32,000 nucleotides of DNA from Cereibacter sphaeroides 2.4.1 (GTDB lineage Bacteria; Pseudomonadota; Alphaproteobacteria; Rhodobacterales; Rhodobacteraceae): positions 1,680,001 to 1,712,000 of the forward strand of contig NC_007493.2 in the NCBI RefSeq assembly GCF_000012905.2. The letters run 5' to 3'. The notes under the pieces were generated by a model. That model was not told the DNA's origin. It did not search any database and worked only from the letters and a program-made list of their open reading frames with translations. Positions 9,052-17,907 of this stretch are shown piece after piece. Each line of letters begins with the position of its first letter. Position 1 is the stretch's first letter. The position numbers were made by a program, and so were the translations under genes.

Positions 9052-9537
9052 TCAATGCACCCTCCTAAATTCGCCATGAAGTCTCATCGCTGCAGCTTCC
9101 CGGACTGCAATCGCCGTCTCGATATCATCAAAACGCCCCAAATAGTGATTGACGCCTCCACGACCGATAGAGGCTACGAATTTGTTTCCTGACTTAAAGA
9201 TGCCAGCGTAACCGCTTTTGTTACTCGCATAAATTTTTCTATTCAGATTGTTCTCTTCAACTCTCGCCAGTCGGATATTCGATAGGCGGTTGTCACTCGG
9301 ATCTCCCGAAATGTGATCGATGGTCATACCTTTGGGGATGTCGCCGTAATGCATCTTCCAAATTAGACGATGAGCGTAATAGAGCACCCCATCACAATAG
9401 ACCTGCCAGTAGCCTCGTTTATTGATGCAGCCTGCATGACCTGATTGCCCTTTGCGGATCAGATATCCGGTTTCGGAATCGTATTTGAAAACTTCATTCA
9501 GGCGTTCTTGGCTCGGCAATGGTTTTGATTTAAGCAT
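9052..9537 (-). CDS. Free-standing HNH homing endonuclease with a C-terminal AP2-type DNA-binding domain
   Basis: The HNH_3-like core is YAHRLIWKMHYGDIPKGMTIDHISGDPSDNRLSNIRLA. The AP2-like region is SGYAGIFKSGNKFVASIGRGGVNHYLGRFDDIETAIAVREAAAMRLHGEF. It is inserted between the tail tube and chaperone genes. Confidence 0.85.
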   Translation of the reverse strand: MLKSKPLPSQERLNEVFKYDSETGYLIRKGQSGHAGCINKRGYWQVYCDGVLYYAHRLIWKMHYGDIPKGMTIDHISGDPSDNRLSNIRLARVEENNLNRKIYASNKSGYAGIFKSGNKFVASIGRGGVNHYLGRFDDIETAIAVREAAAMRLHGEFRRVH

Positions 9538-9649
9538 TTTGGTTTCTCCGTTATCTTATTGTTATAAAATATTTAGAAAAACCGAGATTTCCGAATGTGA
9601 TATTTAAGCAACAAATCAGGCCATTTGAGAAATAAAATGCAATTTCGTG

Positions 9650-9677
9650 AAATAAAAAACCCGACCTAAGCCGGGTT
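9650..9677 (-). terminator. Rho-independent terminator after the major tail gene
   Basis: The minus strand reads aacccg-gcttaggt-cgggtt followed by ttttttattt. Confidence 0.6.
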
Positions 9678-9702
9678 CTCTTCGTTATTGATGTTGTCGA
9701 GA

Positions 9703-10122
9703 TTACGGGCCAACCACCAAGGCGTTAATGCTGAAGGTAGCTTCGGCTTCCATCACATCGCCCACAGGGATGTTTCTGGAATATCCCTGCATGAAGCCTG
9801 AATAAGTCGAAACAACTGGACCATCTTCGCCCTTGAGCGTGACGCGAACTTTGACAGTCTCGCCGGAGTCCTGAAGTTCAAGCAAAAGGTCATCAGTTGC
9901 GCTGCCCGGAACATAGTGCATTGCAGCGGTCATGTCTGAAAATTCGCCTAGACCGGGAATGTATTCTTTCTTTCCACTCGGACTTTTCTGATGAGTTACT
10001 TCGATTTTATCGCGCGTAAATTCAGGCAACGTGATATCCGTAACGTAAGCCAATTCGGTCCAAGTCGGAGTAGCGCCGCGACCGATTTCGACCTTAGCAT
10101 CAATTCCAATTGCAATAGTCAT
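9703..10122 (-). CDS. Major tail (tube) protein
   Basis: 139 aa, in the position between the tail completion genes and the chaperones. It is followed by its own terminator, which fits a highly expressed gene. Confidence 0.75.
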   Translation of the reverse strand: MTIAIGIDAKVEIGRGATPTWTELAYVTDITLPEFTRDKIEVTHQKSPSGKKEYIPGLGEFSDMTAAMHYVPGSATDDLLLELQDSGETVKVRVTLKGEDGPVVSTYSGFMQGYSRNIPVGDVMEAEATFSINALVVGP

Positions 10123-10185
10123 TTAAATCCATCCTTCTAAGTTGATACCTTTATGCGGTATGTAGAGGATGGGATTTCGGACCCA

Positions 10186-10554
10186 TTAAGAATGGAAAAC
10201 TCGAAAGTCGATTGAATAACGAAGCACGATATCAGCCGGATTGGAAGTGTCTTCGCCCGATCTAACCTTATCCAGAAGAATTACCTTGATAGGATCATCG
10301 CCGGATTGATCGTTGTAACCGTCCAGAACCATGACCGCATTCTTAATAGTCAAGAGATCGGCCATATCTTCGGCCCAAATATCAACTTGAATCATCGATT
10401 GCCGCAATGGCGTTCTACCTTCCATCGTATGATCCCCTAATTCGGTGATAAGGGATAGCCTGATGTATGGACGCGGTGTATTTGCGGGAGCCCGAATCCA
10501 ATGGACTTCGATGCCGGATGCGTCTGTAATGAGTTGTCGAAGTTGTCTTTCCAT
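10186..10554 (-). CDS. Tail completion/terminator protein (DUF3168-like position)
   Basis: 122 aa. The call rests on synteny in an HK97-like connector set. Confidence 0.55.
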   Translation of the reverse strand: MERQLRQLITDASGIEVHWIRAPANTPRPYIRLSLITELGDHTMEGRTPLRQSMIQVDIWAEDMADLLTIKNAVMVLDGYNDQSGDDPIKVILLDKVRSGEDTSNPADIVLRYSIDFRVFHS

Positions 10555-10559
10555 TGGTC

Positions 10560-11024
10560 TTATCCTTTCGCGGCCTTGGCTCTGGCCCGATCTTGTCGTT
10601 TAATGGCCTTTTGAATTCTTGCGGCCATTTCGTCTTTCAGGATGTTAAGCACATTCTCTTTTTCAGTTTGCCACGCGGGGCGAAGATAGGGTTGAGGGGA
10701 AGTCTCCTCAGTTCCAAACTCTAGCAAATGCCCCTTGGGGGAACCTGCCCCGGCATACATCACAAACGAATGCTTGCCCTCTTTTCGCTCAAGCCTCTTC
10801 TGCGTCTTGTTGAGTTTATCCGTTACGATAATAGAATCGCGAAGATCCCCTTCATCAACCGGGGCGGCAGACTGTGCAGCATCAGCTACCGGCTGCATTG
10901 CTTTCTTCATGGAAGTCTTGATAAGCCGCTTTTGAGTAGCCAACTTTTCGAGGGACATGAGGTTCTTTTCGAGTTCCCGAAACGACTTCTTATCGATCTC
11001 CATACCGGACTTGTTCTTCGCCAT
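10560..11024 (-). CDS. HK97 gp10-family head-tail joining protein
   Basis: 154 aa. It has the characteristic LLEFGTEETSPQPYLRPAW motif region. Its start abuts the stop of the upstream gene. Confidence 0.7.
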   Translation of the reverse strand: MAKNKSGMEIDKKSFRELEKNLMSLEKLATQKRLIKTSMKKAMQPVADAAQSAAPVDEGDLRDSIIVTDKLNKTQKRLERKEGKHSFVMYAGAGSPKGHLLEFGTEETSPQPYLRPAWQTEKENVLNILKDEMAARIQKAIKRQDRARAKAAKG

Positions 11025-11342
11025 TTACTTCCGCGCCCCACAAGTAATTTCCATCCATTGCCGGTCATCGGAGATTTTGACGTTCTCAATATCAAGATCT
11101 CGACCATCGTAGCGGATGCGATATTCGTTATTCAGAGACAGAGATTTTGAGTGCCGAATTACAAACCGCATGGAGATTTGCCGTTGAGCGATTGCAGCCT
11201 GAATACGCTCCCCATCAGAGATATAAGAGACCTTTGCCCATACCGATTTCAAAGGCGCATACGTCTCTTTCTTCGATAATCCATTGTCAATCACTTGCCT
11301 CGACAAGATCGTAATCCGCTTATCCAATAGTCCCGTATGCAT
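11025..11342 (-). CDS. Head closure / head-tail adaptor protein (SPP1 gp16-like)
   Basis: 105 aa. The pattern LDKRITI...VWAKVSYISDGERIQA...RFVIRHS...RIRYDGRDLDIENV is typical of the Phage_H_T_join family. Confidence 0.8.
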   Translation of the reverse strand: MHTGLLDKRITILSRQVIDNGLSKKETYAPLKSVWAKVSYISDGERIQAAIAQRQISMRFVIRHSKSLSLNNEYRIRYDGRDLDIENVKISDDRQWMEITCGARK

Positions 11343-11343
11343 T

Positions 11344-11622
11344 TCAGATTGTCCAATTCGTTCTGAGATTGGCGATTAGCATTCCAAGGCCATAGGGGAC
11401 TTGATTGGTTCCACGATCCGATAAAACTTCCCTGTTTGTATACCAATGGAGTGCAAGGATCATAATCGCCAAATCGTATTCAGGCGGGGCATTCTCATCA
11501 TTTGGAACGCCAGTAATTTTAGAGACGTAATTGATAGCGGCATCTAGAAGAAGCTGGATATACGAGTCCTCGAAGTCATCGTCTATCCGCGCATGAAACT
11601 TGAATTTTTCTAAATCGACCAT
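11344..11622 (-). CDS. gp6-like head-tail connector protein
   Basis: I place the start at the ATG at 11622 (MVDLEKFKFHARIDDDFEDSYIQLLL...), which has AGGA 8 nt upstream. The track start at 11685 would run through the capsid-gene terminator. Confidence 0.75.
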   Translation of the reverse strand: MVDLEKFKFHARIDDDFEDSYIQLLLDAAINYVSKITGVPNDENAPPEYDLAIMILALHWYTNREVLSDRGTNQVPYGLGMLIANLRTNWTI

Positions 11623-11651
11623 TGCGCAATTCCTTATAATCTTTCCGGTAT

Positions 11652-11684
11652 TTAGAAAAAGAAAAAGCCCGCCGAAGCGGGCCA
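11652..11684 (-). terminator. Strong rho-independent terminator after the major capsid gene
   Basis: The minus strand reads gcccgc-ttcg-gcgggc followed by tttttctttttct. Confidence 0.8.
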
Positions 11685-11708
11685 TTTTCCTTATGTTAGT
11701 CGCCGAGA

Positions 11709-12818
11709 TTAGGCGATAACGAGCTTCGCGTAAGCGTCACCGTTAAGCACAACAGAACCGTAACGAAGATTGCCTTCAACGAAGATCACGTTCGATTGCT
11801 TATACGGGTTGATCTGGACGGTTACACCTTCGGCGCGAACCGCAGTCAGGAAGGCGCGCTTGTAGTTACCGAACACAACCGGCGTCTCTTCCGGGAGGTA
11901 ATCGTCAACATGCACAGGACGACCGTTGATCATCGTAACGCCCTCTTTGATTTCGAGAACGAATTGCGAGTTAGCCTTGGCTTTCGAAAGAGCCGCAGCA
12001 GTCGTGCCAGCCATCAGGTAAGCGCCGTTGTTGCGATCAACCGTCTTCACTTTGTAAGCAAGATCGATGATCAGTTCCGGCGTAACCGAAGCGCCGCTCA
12101 GTTCGATGCCAGCGGTAAGGATGCCTTGCGGGTCGTCATTTAGGCCAGTGCCGTTGATAAACCCATCGGCCATGTCGGCAGCGAAGTCTTCCGCAAACTG
12201 ATCAGCGATGAACGAGATCACGTCCGTTTGAAGGTCCATAGCGGAATGCTTGGTAACGGCGACGTTCGAACCCACATCGGTCCAGATCGGCTTTTTAGAA
12301 ACGAGCGAAGTAGTGTTTTCGCCGCGAACCGTGGTTTCCCCACCGCGAGTAACAGCCGAACCACCCGAAACCATGATGCCAAATTCCGAAGTGCCGGTAA
12401 CGACATACTTAGCAAGACCAGCAAGAGCCGAATAACCCCGAGCAGCAGCGATAACTTCATCCGAAACAGTGCGCGGAATGACGTTCGCTAGGCCAGTGGT
12501 GGCAAGAGCCTTCTGTTCGAACGCTTGTTTTGCTTCGAAGCTTTCCGGGTTAGCAAGCCAGTTGCGGAACGCGGACTTGCATTCATCGGCAGCTTCGGCA
12601 GCTTTACCCGACACAGGACGCGCGGCGGCGGTTTCCAGAGCGTTCAGGCGAGCTTCAAGAGCCGACTTGGCCGACAGAGACGCCGCAAGTTCGGCTTCCA
12701 TGCGAGCCATTTTTCCTTCAAACAGAGCGTCGGCAGATTTAACGCCTTCGACTTCCGAACGGATAGCTTGAATCAACTGGTTCGAAGCTTCAATGGCATT
12801 TTTAAGTTCAATAGTCAT
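11709..12818 (-). CDS. Major capsid protein, HK97 fold
   Basis: 369 aa. It has an N-terminal coiled-coil delta-like region and directly follows the prohead protease gene. Confidence 0.92.
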   Translation of the reverse strand: MTIELKNAIEASNQLIQAIRSEVEGVKSADALFEGKMARMEAELAASLSAKSALEARLNALETAAARPVSGKAAEAADECKSAFRNWLANPESFEAKQAFEQKALATTGLANVIPRTVSDEVIAAARGYSALAGLAKYVVTGTSEFGIMVSGGSAVTRGGETTVRGENTTSLVSKKPIWTDVGSNVAVTKHSAMDLQTDVISFIADQFAEDFAADMADGFINGTGLNDDPQGILTAGIELSGASVTPELIIDLAYKVKTVDRNNGAYLMAGTTAAALSKAKANSQFVLEIKEGVTMINGRPVHVDDYLPEETPVVFGNYKRAFLTAVRAEGVTVQINPYKQSNVIFVEGNLRYGSVVLNGDAYAKLVIA

Positions 12819-12890
12819 GTTTCTTTCCTTTTTGCAAAATGGAATGGTTTCATTCGTTTTGATGCATTATGTAGGACGTTAAAATCAGGC

Positions 12891-13415
12891 TTATTTCGCA
12901 GTAAGCAGTTCAATCCGCTTAAGCATTAGCGAAAGCAATTCGCGTTCCTCATCGAATTCTGTTTTGACCGCAGTGATAGTGGCGAGTTCGTTTGCAGGAA
13001 ACGTGACAAGCGAGACTTCAAAAAGATCAACTTCTTTAAGCAGTCGGTCGCCGCTATTCGAATACTCGTAATCAAGGGTCCGATAACCAATAGAGAAGCT
13101 ATCGATTGCTCCCATCATTGCTAATTCGCGAATCTCCTTTCCTTTTTCGGTATTAGCAAAGCGGCCTTGGATGAATAGACCTTTATCATCTTCAATCATT
13201 TCATCCCAAACGCCAATAACTTCGCGGGGGTCATGCTGCCAAAGCATTTTGACTCTGCGGCCAGAAGCGAGCGATTTAGTGAAAGCCCCCGCAACGACAA
13301 CATCCCCGACCCTATCGCGATTGCCGAAGATGGAAGCGTAACCCGATACGGTCATATCCCCATCATCTTCAGCTTTGATTTCGAATTTAAAGTGTTTGAA
13401 TTCCATATCGCTCAT
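12891..13415 (-). CDS. HK97-family prohead maturation protease
   Basis: 174 aa with GYASIFGNRDRVGDVVVAGAF...MLWQHD motifs. It overlaps the portal stop by 4 nt. Confidence 0.9.
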   Translation of the reverse strand: MSDMEFKHFKFEIKAEDDGDMTVSGYASIFGNRDRVGDVVVAGAFTKSLASGRRVKMLWQHDPREVIGVWDEMIEDDKGLFIQGRFANTEKGKEIRELAMMGAIDSFSIGYRTLDYEYSNSGDRLLKEVDLFEVSLVTFPANELATITAVKTEFDEERELLSLMLKRIELLTAK

Positions 13416-14638
13416 TTGCTGCTTTCCTCTTTCTGAATAGCGGAGTTTTCATACCCGCCTTTGAGCGGAGTTCTGGCCCATTCATCCGCAATAGGATCAA
13501 GGCCCAATTCATAACGGCATTCGTTGACCGACATGATTGCAGGACTTCCACCAACGCCCGTCACTGATGCGAAGAAATCTTTTAGGGCAGAATGGTCCCC
13601 GCGAAGTAATTCGTGCTCATCAAAATCAAACAACAGATTTGGTTCGGCTTGGAGCAGTGACGCTGCTAATGCTTGTTCAAAACGAGCTACCCAAGGCATG
13701 AGGGTATTGCGGACATGCGCCCGTTGGATCTCGGGAGTGATAGTCCCGGACGCCATCAGATAAGCCGGATGCACCCGGAAGATGCGAGCTATCTCTTCGA
13801 CCTGATACTTGCGGCTTTCGATAAGTTGGCTATCAACCGCGTTCTGTTGGATCGGTTTGAAGTCGGTCGAATATCCAGATGAAATCAGGATACCGCCTTC
13901 CCCATTCGATGAGAATCGGTCCTTCCAAAGTGCGATGATTTTGGCACGGGTATCTTCATCCAGAGCAACGCCGTCTTCTGGATCACCGATGCTCAAGACA
14001 CCTGAAGGTCTTCCACCATTCGAAGCCGTCTGAAGAGTCTGGCCTTCAAGGGCGTTCGCGATACCGACAGCCTTTCTGGCGGTCTCAATAGCGGAGATAG
14101 ACGAATACCCGTCAAGCGACAAACCACGGAAGAATAGACAATCCTTAGCTGCGAATACGCGGCTGGAACCATCGGTAAACCTTACCCGGAAATTGTATGA
14201 TCCATTAGTGAGGATTTCCATTTCCCAAATACCGCTAGGGATAGGCAAGAGTTCGCGGACTTCTCCACCGACAACGGTTTTGAGTGCCAATGCGCCTTTT
14301 CCGAGCACGGCATTTGAAATCATCATTTCAACAAATTCAAATCGGGTCTGATAGGCATTTGGCTTATTAATCAGCTTTGACGCCCAATGATCTTTCCGAA
14401 TTGTTCGCTTTGACAGCCCGTCTACTTCTTTTGTCTCGATAATATTGATAGGCATGGAAGCTACACCTTCCGCGATTGTTCGGACTGCGCACATAACAGC
14501 CGGGTTCTGCATCGCAGTTGTATTGCTTAGTGCCGGGGCAATAGAAGACGATCCGCCCCACCAGCCGAACGCCTCAGAGATCCTACTAATAACGGTCGGC
14601 TGATTGCTGCCTGACTCTCGTTTGCCAAATCCGAACAT
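13412..14638 (-). CDS. Portal protein (HK97 family)
   Basis: 408 aa, located between TerL and the protease. Confidence 0.9.
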   Translation of the reverse strand: MFGFGKRESGSNQPTVISRISEAFGWWGGSSSIAPALSNTTAMQNPAVMCAVRTIAEGVASMPINIIETKEVDGLSKRTIRKDHWASKLINKPNAYQTRFEFVEMMISNAVLGKGALALKTVVGGEVRELLPIPSGIWEMEILTNGSYNFRVRFTDGSSRVFAAKDCLFFRGLSLDGYSSISAIETARKAVGIANALEGQTLQTASNGGRPSGVLSIGDPEDGVALDEDTRAKIIALWKDRFSSNGEGGILISSGYSTDFKPIQQNAVDSQLIESRKYQVEEIARIFRVHPAYLMASGTITPEIQRAHVRNTLMPWVARFEQALAASLLQAEPNLLFDFDEHELLRGDHSALKDFFASVTGVGGSPAIMSVNECRYELGLDPIADEWARTPLKGGYENSAIQKEESSK

Positions 14639-14677
14639 GCTTATCCTCGCAAGTATAATACTTTGCGATATTTAGGA

Positions 14678-16264
14678 TTAAGCAAATAGAGCTTTTCGCT
14701 TGGGCTTTGGCTTGTTATCTGGATCAGCAAGCATTCCGGCGAGCATCGCTAACGTAACAGCGCCGTCAATTCGTCTTGTCGAAGTATGCTTGATGAATTT
14801 GCGGTTGTTTGAAGTGTCCGAAACAACTTTCACGTTTGCCATGCACATATTCATGACGGGGTTGTTCCCATGGCGAATTTTGCCATCCAGAATTAAACGC
14901 TCCAACTCGTTAATTCCGATGCCCATAGAAACGAAGCCCTGCCCATAAGAAACCATGTGCTCGTCAATCCATCGCTCATCAAAACCACAATCAATCATGT
15001 CGCGCTTGAAGTATTTTATTTTGTAACGGTCAAAGGCTACCTTCTGGACATTGGCGTTATCCGCAATCTCCTTAAGCTTGGCAGCGACATCCTTATATTG
15101 GATGGTTCTTCCTTGGCTTAAATGGATTAGTCCACCCTTGGCCCAAATGTCATAAGGAACCTTATCACTTCTCGATTTATCCTCTATTCCCTCATCGGGA
15201 AGCCAAAAGAATGGATGAACGTGAAGCAAACCATTCTCGTCTTTATGTGCTAAAGTAAGAGAAGTGAGATCTCGGGTTTCAGATAGATCAAGGCCAAGCC
15301 AAACATCCTTTCCATGCCATTCTTCGGGATTATCCTTGCCTTCATCCCAAACATCTTTTGAAATGAATGGAGCGTTGACTTCGATCCTCTGGTTGAGGGT
15401 GTAGTTGCGGAAATCCGCAGCACGGGCAGGCATCCGTGCGGCCTCGGCCTGCATTTGCTTGAGTTCCTTGCGGTTCACAAAGGAATTCCATGCAGGATGC
15501 GAGACAGCTAGGGCTTCTTCTGAGAACGGATCGATATTCATCGGACACGAATAGAGCTTAAGAACCTTGGTCGGATCTGCCCCGGTTGCGGCGTCATCGA
15601 TCAACTGACTAAGAAGGTCATTGTCAGTCGGAGCCTGCGTAGAGATCACGAGGGTAAGCGGGTTTGCCTGAGCCGCAGTGGCAAGCTCCAAGGCTTCGTA
15701 GAGCGGATCTACTGGCCCTCTCACCTGCCCTAGCTCATCGTGGATCACGAGGCACGGACTCAGCCCTTGAGCCGTTCCAGCATCCTTGGAGAGAGCCCTA
15801 TACTCTGTCCCTAGCTCGGGCACCTTCAGCCGCTTACTAGTCTCCACAATCCGAACAAAACGCGATATACGCGGACTCATCCTGATCATCTTGACTGCCA
15901 GTTTGAACAACTCCGCAGCTTGATCCCTGCTTCGGGCTGCACTGTATAGTTGCGAGTTGGGCAAGGCTTCTCGACCTACCAGATGCAACAGCATCAGAGC
16001 GGCACAGAGCGTTGTCTTCGCAGCCTTACGGGGCATCGAAATAATAGCCCGACGAGTTCCAGCCGGATTGTCATAGATCGAACGAATGATATCCTTCTGA
16101 AAGTCCACAAGCCTGAATGGCTTACCAACGTCCTTACCTTCTGGAATAAACAGGTTCGACTCAATCCACTTGATATTCTTTTCTGCCCTAGACAGTTTCG
16201 GCTTAGGCGGAATGACGGGTTGAGCGGACGAGAGAACGGGTAAAGATTGATCACTCATCGTCAT
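14678..16264 (-). CDS. Terminase large subunit
   Basis: 528 aa. It has a Walker A-like PRKAAKTT and a Walker B-like CLVIHDELGQ, plus a C-terminal nuclease-type region. It overlaps the TerS stop. Confidence 0.92.
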   Translation of the reverse strand: MTMSDQSLPVLSSAQPVIPPKPKLSRAEKNIKWIESNLFIPEGKDVGKPFRLVDFQKDIIRSIYDNPAGTRRAIISMPRKAAKTTLCAALMLLHLVGREALPNSQLYSAARSRDQAAELFKLAVKMIRMSPRISRFVRIVETSKRLKVPELGTEYRALSKDAGTAQGLSPCLVIHDELGQVRGPVDPLYEALELATAAQANPLTLVISTQAPTDNDLLSQLIDDAATGADPTKVLKLYSCPMNIDPFSEEALAVSHPAWNSFVNRKELKQMQAEAARMPARAADFRNYTLNQRIEVNAPFISKDVWDEGKDNPEEWHGKDVWLGLDLSETRDLTSLTLAHKDENGLLHVHPFFWLPDEGIEDKSRSDKVPYDIWAKGGLIHLSQGRTIQYKDVAAKLKEIADNANVQKVAFDRYKIKYFKRDMIDCGFDERWIDEHMVSYGQGFVSMGIGINELERLILDGKIRHGNNPVMNMCMANVKVVSDTSNNRKFIKHTSTRRIDGAVTLAMLAGMLADPDNKPKPKRKALFA

Positions 16265-16637
16265 CTTCCCATGGCTTGAACGAGGAAGCCCTTGCCTCGG
16301 GAGACTCTTTCGATGATCTAAGTGATTGATTGGAAATCCGAAGCTTTGTTGCGAGGGAAGATACCGCCCTATTTTCGCGGTCCAGCATCGCCGTAAGCTT
16401 GTTCAACAGTTTCGAGAATTCGATAATATCGTCAATCTTGCGATTGTCTTTGGCTTCTCTAATGAGACCGGCAACGTAATCAGCTTGGACGACATGACGG
16501 CAGAAAGCCACGAGTGAATCCCGTTGCAGATCCGTAATCCATCCATCTTCCAGACTGTCTAAGATGCGGCACCAAACCTCCAATTCATCATCCGAAAAGT
16601 CATTTGGCGGAATGAGTGTCTTTTTGTTGTTTTCCAT
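16251..16637 (-). CDS. Terminase small subunit (P27-like)
   Basis: I take the start as the ATG at 16637 (MENNKKTLIPPNDFSDDELEVW...). The track start at 16691 is a TTG. Its position upstream of TerL and its helical character fit the P27 family. Confidence 0.7.
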   Translation of the reverse strand: MENNKKTLIPPNDFSDDELEVWCRILDSLEDGWITDLQRDSLVAFCRHVVQADYVAGLIREAKDNRKIDDIIEFSKLLNKLTAMLDRENRAVSSLATKLRISNQSLRSSKESPEARASSFKPWEDDDE

Positions 16638-16894
16638 TATTGTTGATTCCCAAATAGCAATCTCCCGGTATGTAGGGAATTTGGGAGTCAAGCCGCTTAT
16701 CGGGATCTATGGCAAAAAAAGGAAAAAACTGCCCGTTTAAAACTCGTCACTACCATGCGCGGGAACCCTGTGAAAGGGAAAATCGAATCGACCTCCCCCC
16801 GGTCAAAAATGATTCGAAAATGTCAATTGAAATCGGATTTTTCTTTGCCTTCCGATCAAATAAATCTGCGAGAGAATCGTTTGGCAGATTGCGG

Positions 16895-16929
16895 AAAATG
16901 AAAAGACCGGACCTTAATTGATCCGGTCT
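16895..16929 (-). terminator. Rho-independent terminator upstream of the packaging/late operon
   Basis: The minus strand reads agaccgga-tcaattaagg-tccggtct followed by tttcatttt, directly after the stop at 16955. Confidence 0.65.
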
Positions 16930-16954
16930 TGTGCAAATGCTGTTGATGATCAGA

Positions 16955-17266
16955 TCACTTTTCGGCTTTTAGTTCCTCAAGCAATTTCTCATGCTTCTCC
17001 TTTGCCTTCTCGATACCCCGAACCGCATCCGGGATTGAAAAAAGAATATCACTCCTTACCTCGCGGATGAGACTTTCAAGCTTATCCTCACAATCAAGAA
17101 CTTCCCGTTGAGCTTTGCGAATTTCTTCCAGCTTCAATGCACGACTGCATTTCGCATTCAGAGTCTCATATGCTTGGTCGGTGTTCGCAGCATGAAGTTC
17201 AACTTCATCCAAGATATCAGTCAGGGCTTTTGCAATAGCTTCCTTGTTTCGGATTTCCATTTTCAT
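16955..17266 (-). CDS. Hypothetical coiled-coil protein
   Basis: 103 aa. The sequence is Glu/Lys-rich and helical. No family was recognised. Confidence 0.5.
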   Translation of the reverse strand: MKMEIRNKEAIAKALTDILDEVELHAANTDQAYETLNAKCSRALKLEEIRKAQREVLDCEDKLESLIREVRSDILFSIPDAVRGIEKAKEKHEKLLEELKAEK

Positions 17267-17319
17267 TTTCTCCTTTATGTGTGTGTTGTAATGTTATTTA
17301 GTGTTTCGTTGATTTCCGG

Positions 17320-17826
17320 TCATCGCAGTTGGGCAAGTCTCAAATTGTATTTCGCAGTAGCCTGACAGTAGGCTTCATGGGCCTCTTCGGGAGTATCGAA
17401 TATTCCGAGACGCTTCTTCTTCCCATGCCTTGCGACGATTGCAGCAAAGCGATTGCTAACCTTCTCGACTCCCTGTCCATATGGGTTGACATTCATCAGA
17501 CGGTTCAAACTGTTGTCTGAATGTGTAACTGCCCTGAGATTTTCGATCCGGTTATTAAGTCTGTCGCCGTCTTTATGATCGATAACGAGGTTAGAAATAT
17601 CGACGTCTGGATTGTGCATCTTGAAGATGATGCGATGGGCATAGAATAGCGAACCCATCATATGAACCTGTCGATATCCGAGACTCCTGTTAATCGACCC
17701 CGCTGGACGATCCGCACTCTTGCGACTATTATTGAGATTCTTCCAATATATTTGCCCATCTTCATCATAACGAAAAAGCGCATGTAATTTTTCGGATGAT
17801 GGGAGGTCTTTCGTTTTGAATGACAT
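17320..17826 (-). CDS. Second free-standing HNH homing endonuclease with an AP2-type domain, a paralogue of 9052..9537
   Basis: The HNH core is FYAHRIIFKMHNPDVDISNLVIDHKDGDRLNNRIENLRAVTHSDN. The AP2-like region is GVEKVSNRFAAIVARHGKKKRLGIFDTPEEAHEAY. The architecture matches 9052..9537. Confidence 0.85.
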   Translation of the reverse strand: MSFKTKDLPSSEKLHALFRYDEDGQIYWKNLNNSRKSADRPAGSINRSLGYRQVHMMGSLFYAHRIIFKMHNPDVDISNLVIDHKDGDRLNNRIENLRAVTHSDNSLNRLMNVNPYGQGVEKVSNRFAAIVARHGKKKRLGIFDTPEEAHEAYCQATAKYNLRLAQLR

Positions 17827-17844
17827 TGTGACTCCATGATGTAG

Positions 17845-17879
17845 AATGAAAATAGGCAGACCAATTGAATGATCTGCCT
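17845..17879 (-). terminator. Terminator-like hairpin between the HNH and HNH-AP2 genes
   Basis: The minus strand reads aggcaga-tcattcaattgg-tctgcct followed by attttcatt. Confidence 0.5.
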
Positions 17880-17907
17880 GAATTTGAAATTGAAATTTGG
17901 ATATGGA

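Noticed and set aside
444-16637. Interpretation of the structural cluster as a gene transfer agent rather than a phage
   Set aside because: The element has full-length TerS and TerL, HNH packaging accessory genes, an integrase and accessory/regulatory DNA. Its composition is foreign to the host and it has a discrete insertion junction. All of these point to a true prophage.
16709-16921. A 70-aa plus-strand ORF between TerS and the upstream genes
   Set aside because: It is on the opposite strand to all its neighbours, has no SD, and runs through the terminator hairpin at 16904-16929. The region is more likely the late promoter or cos-proximal non-coding DNA.
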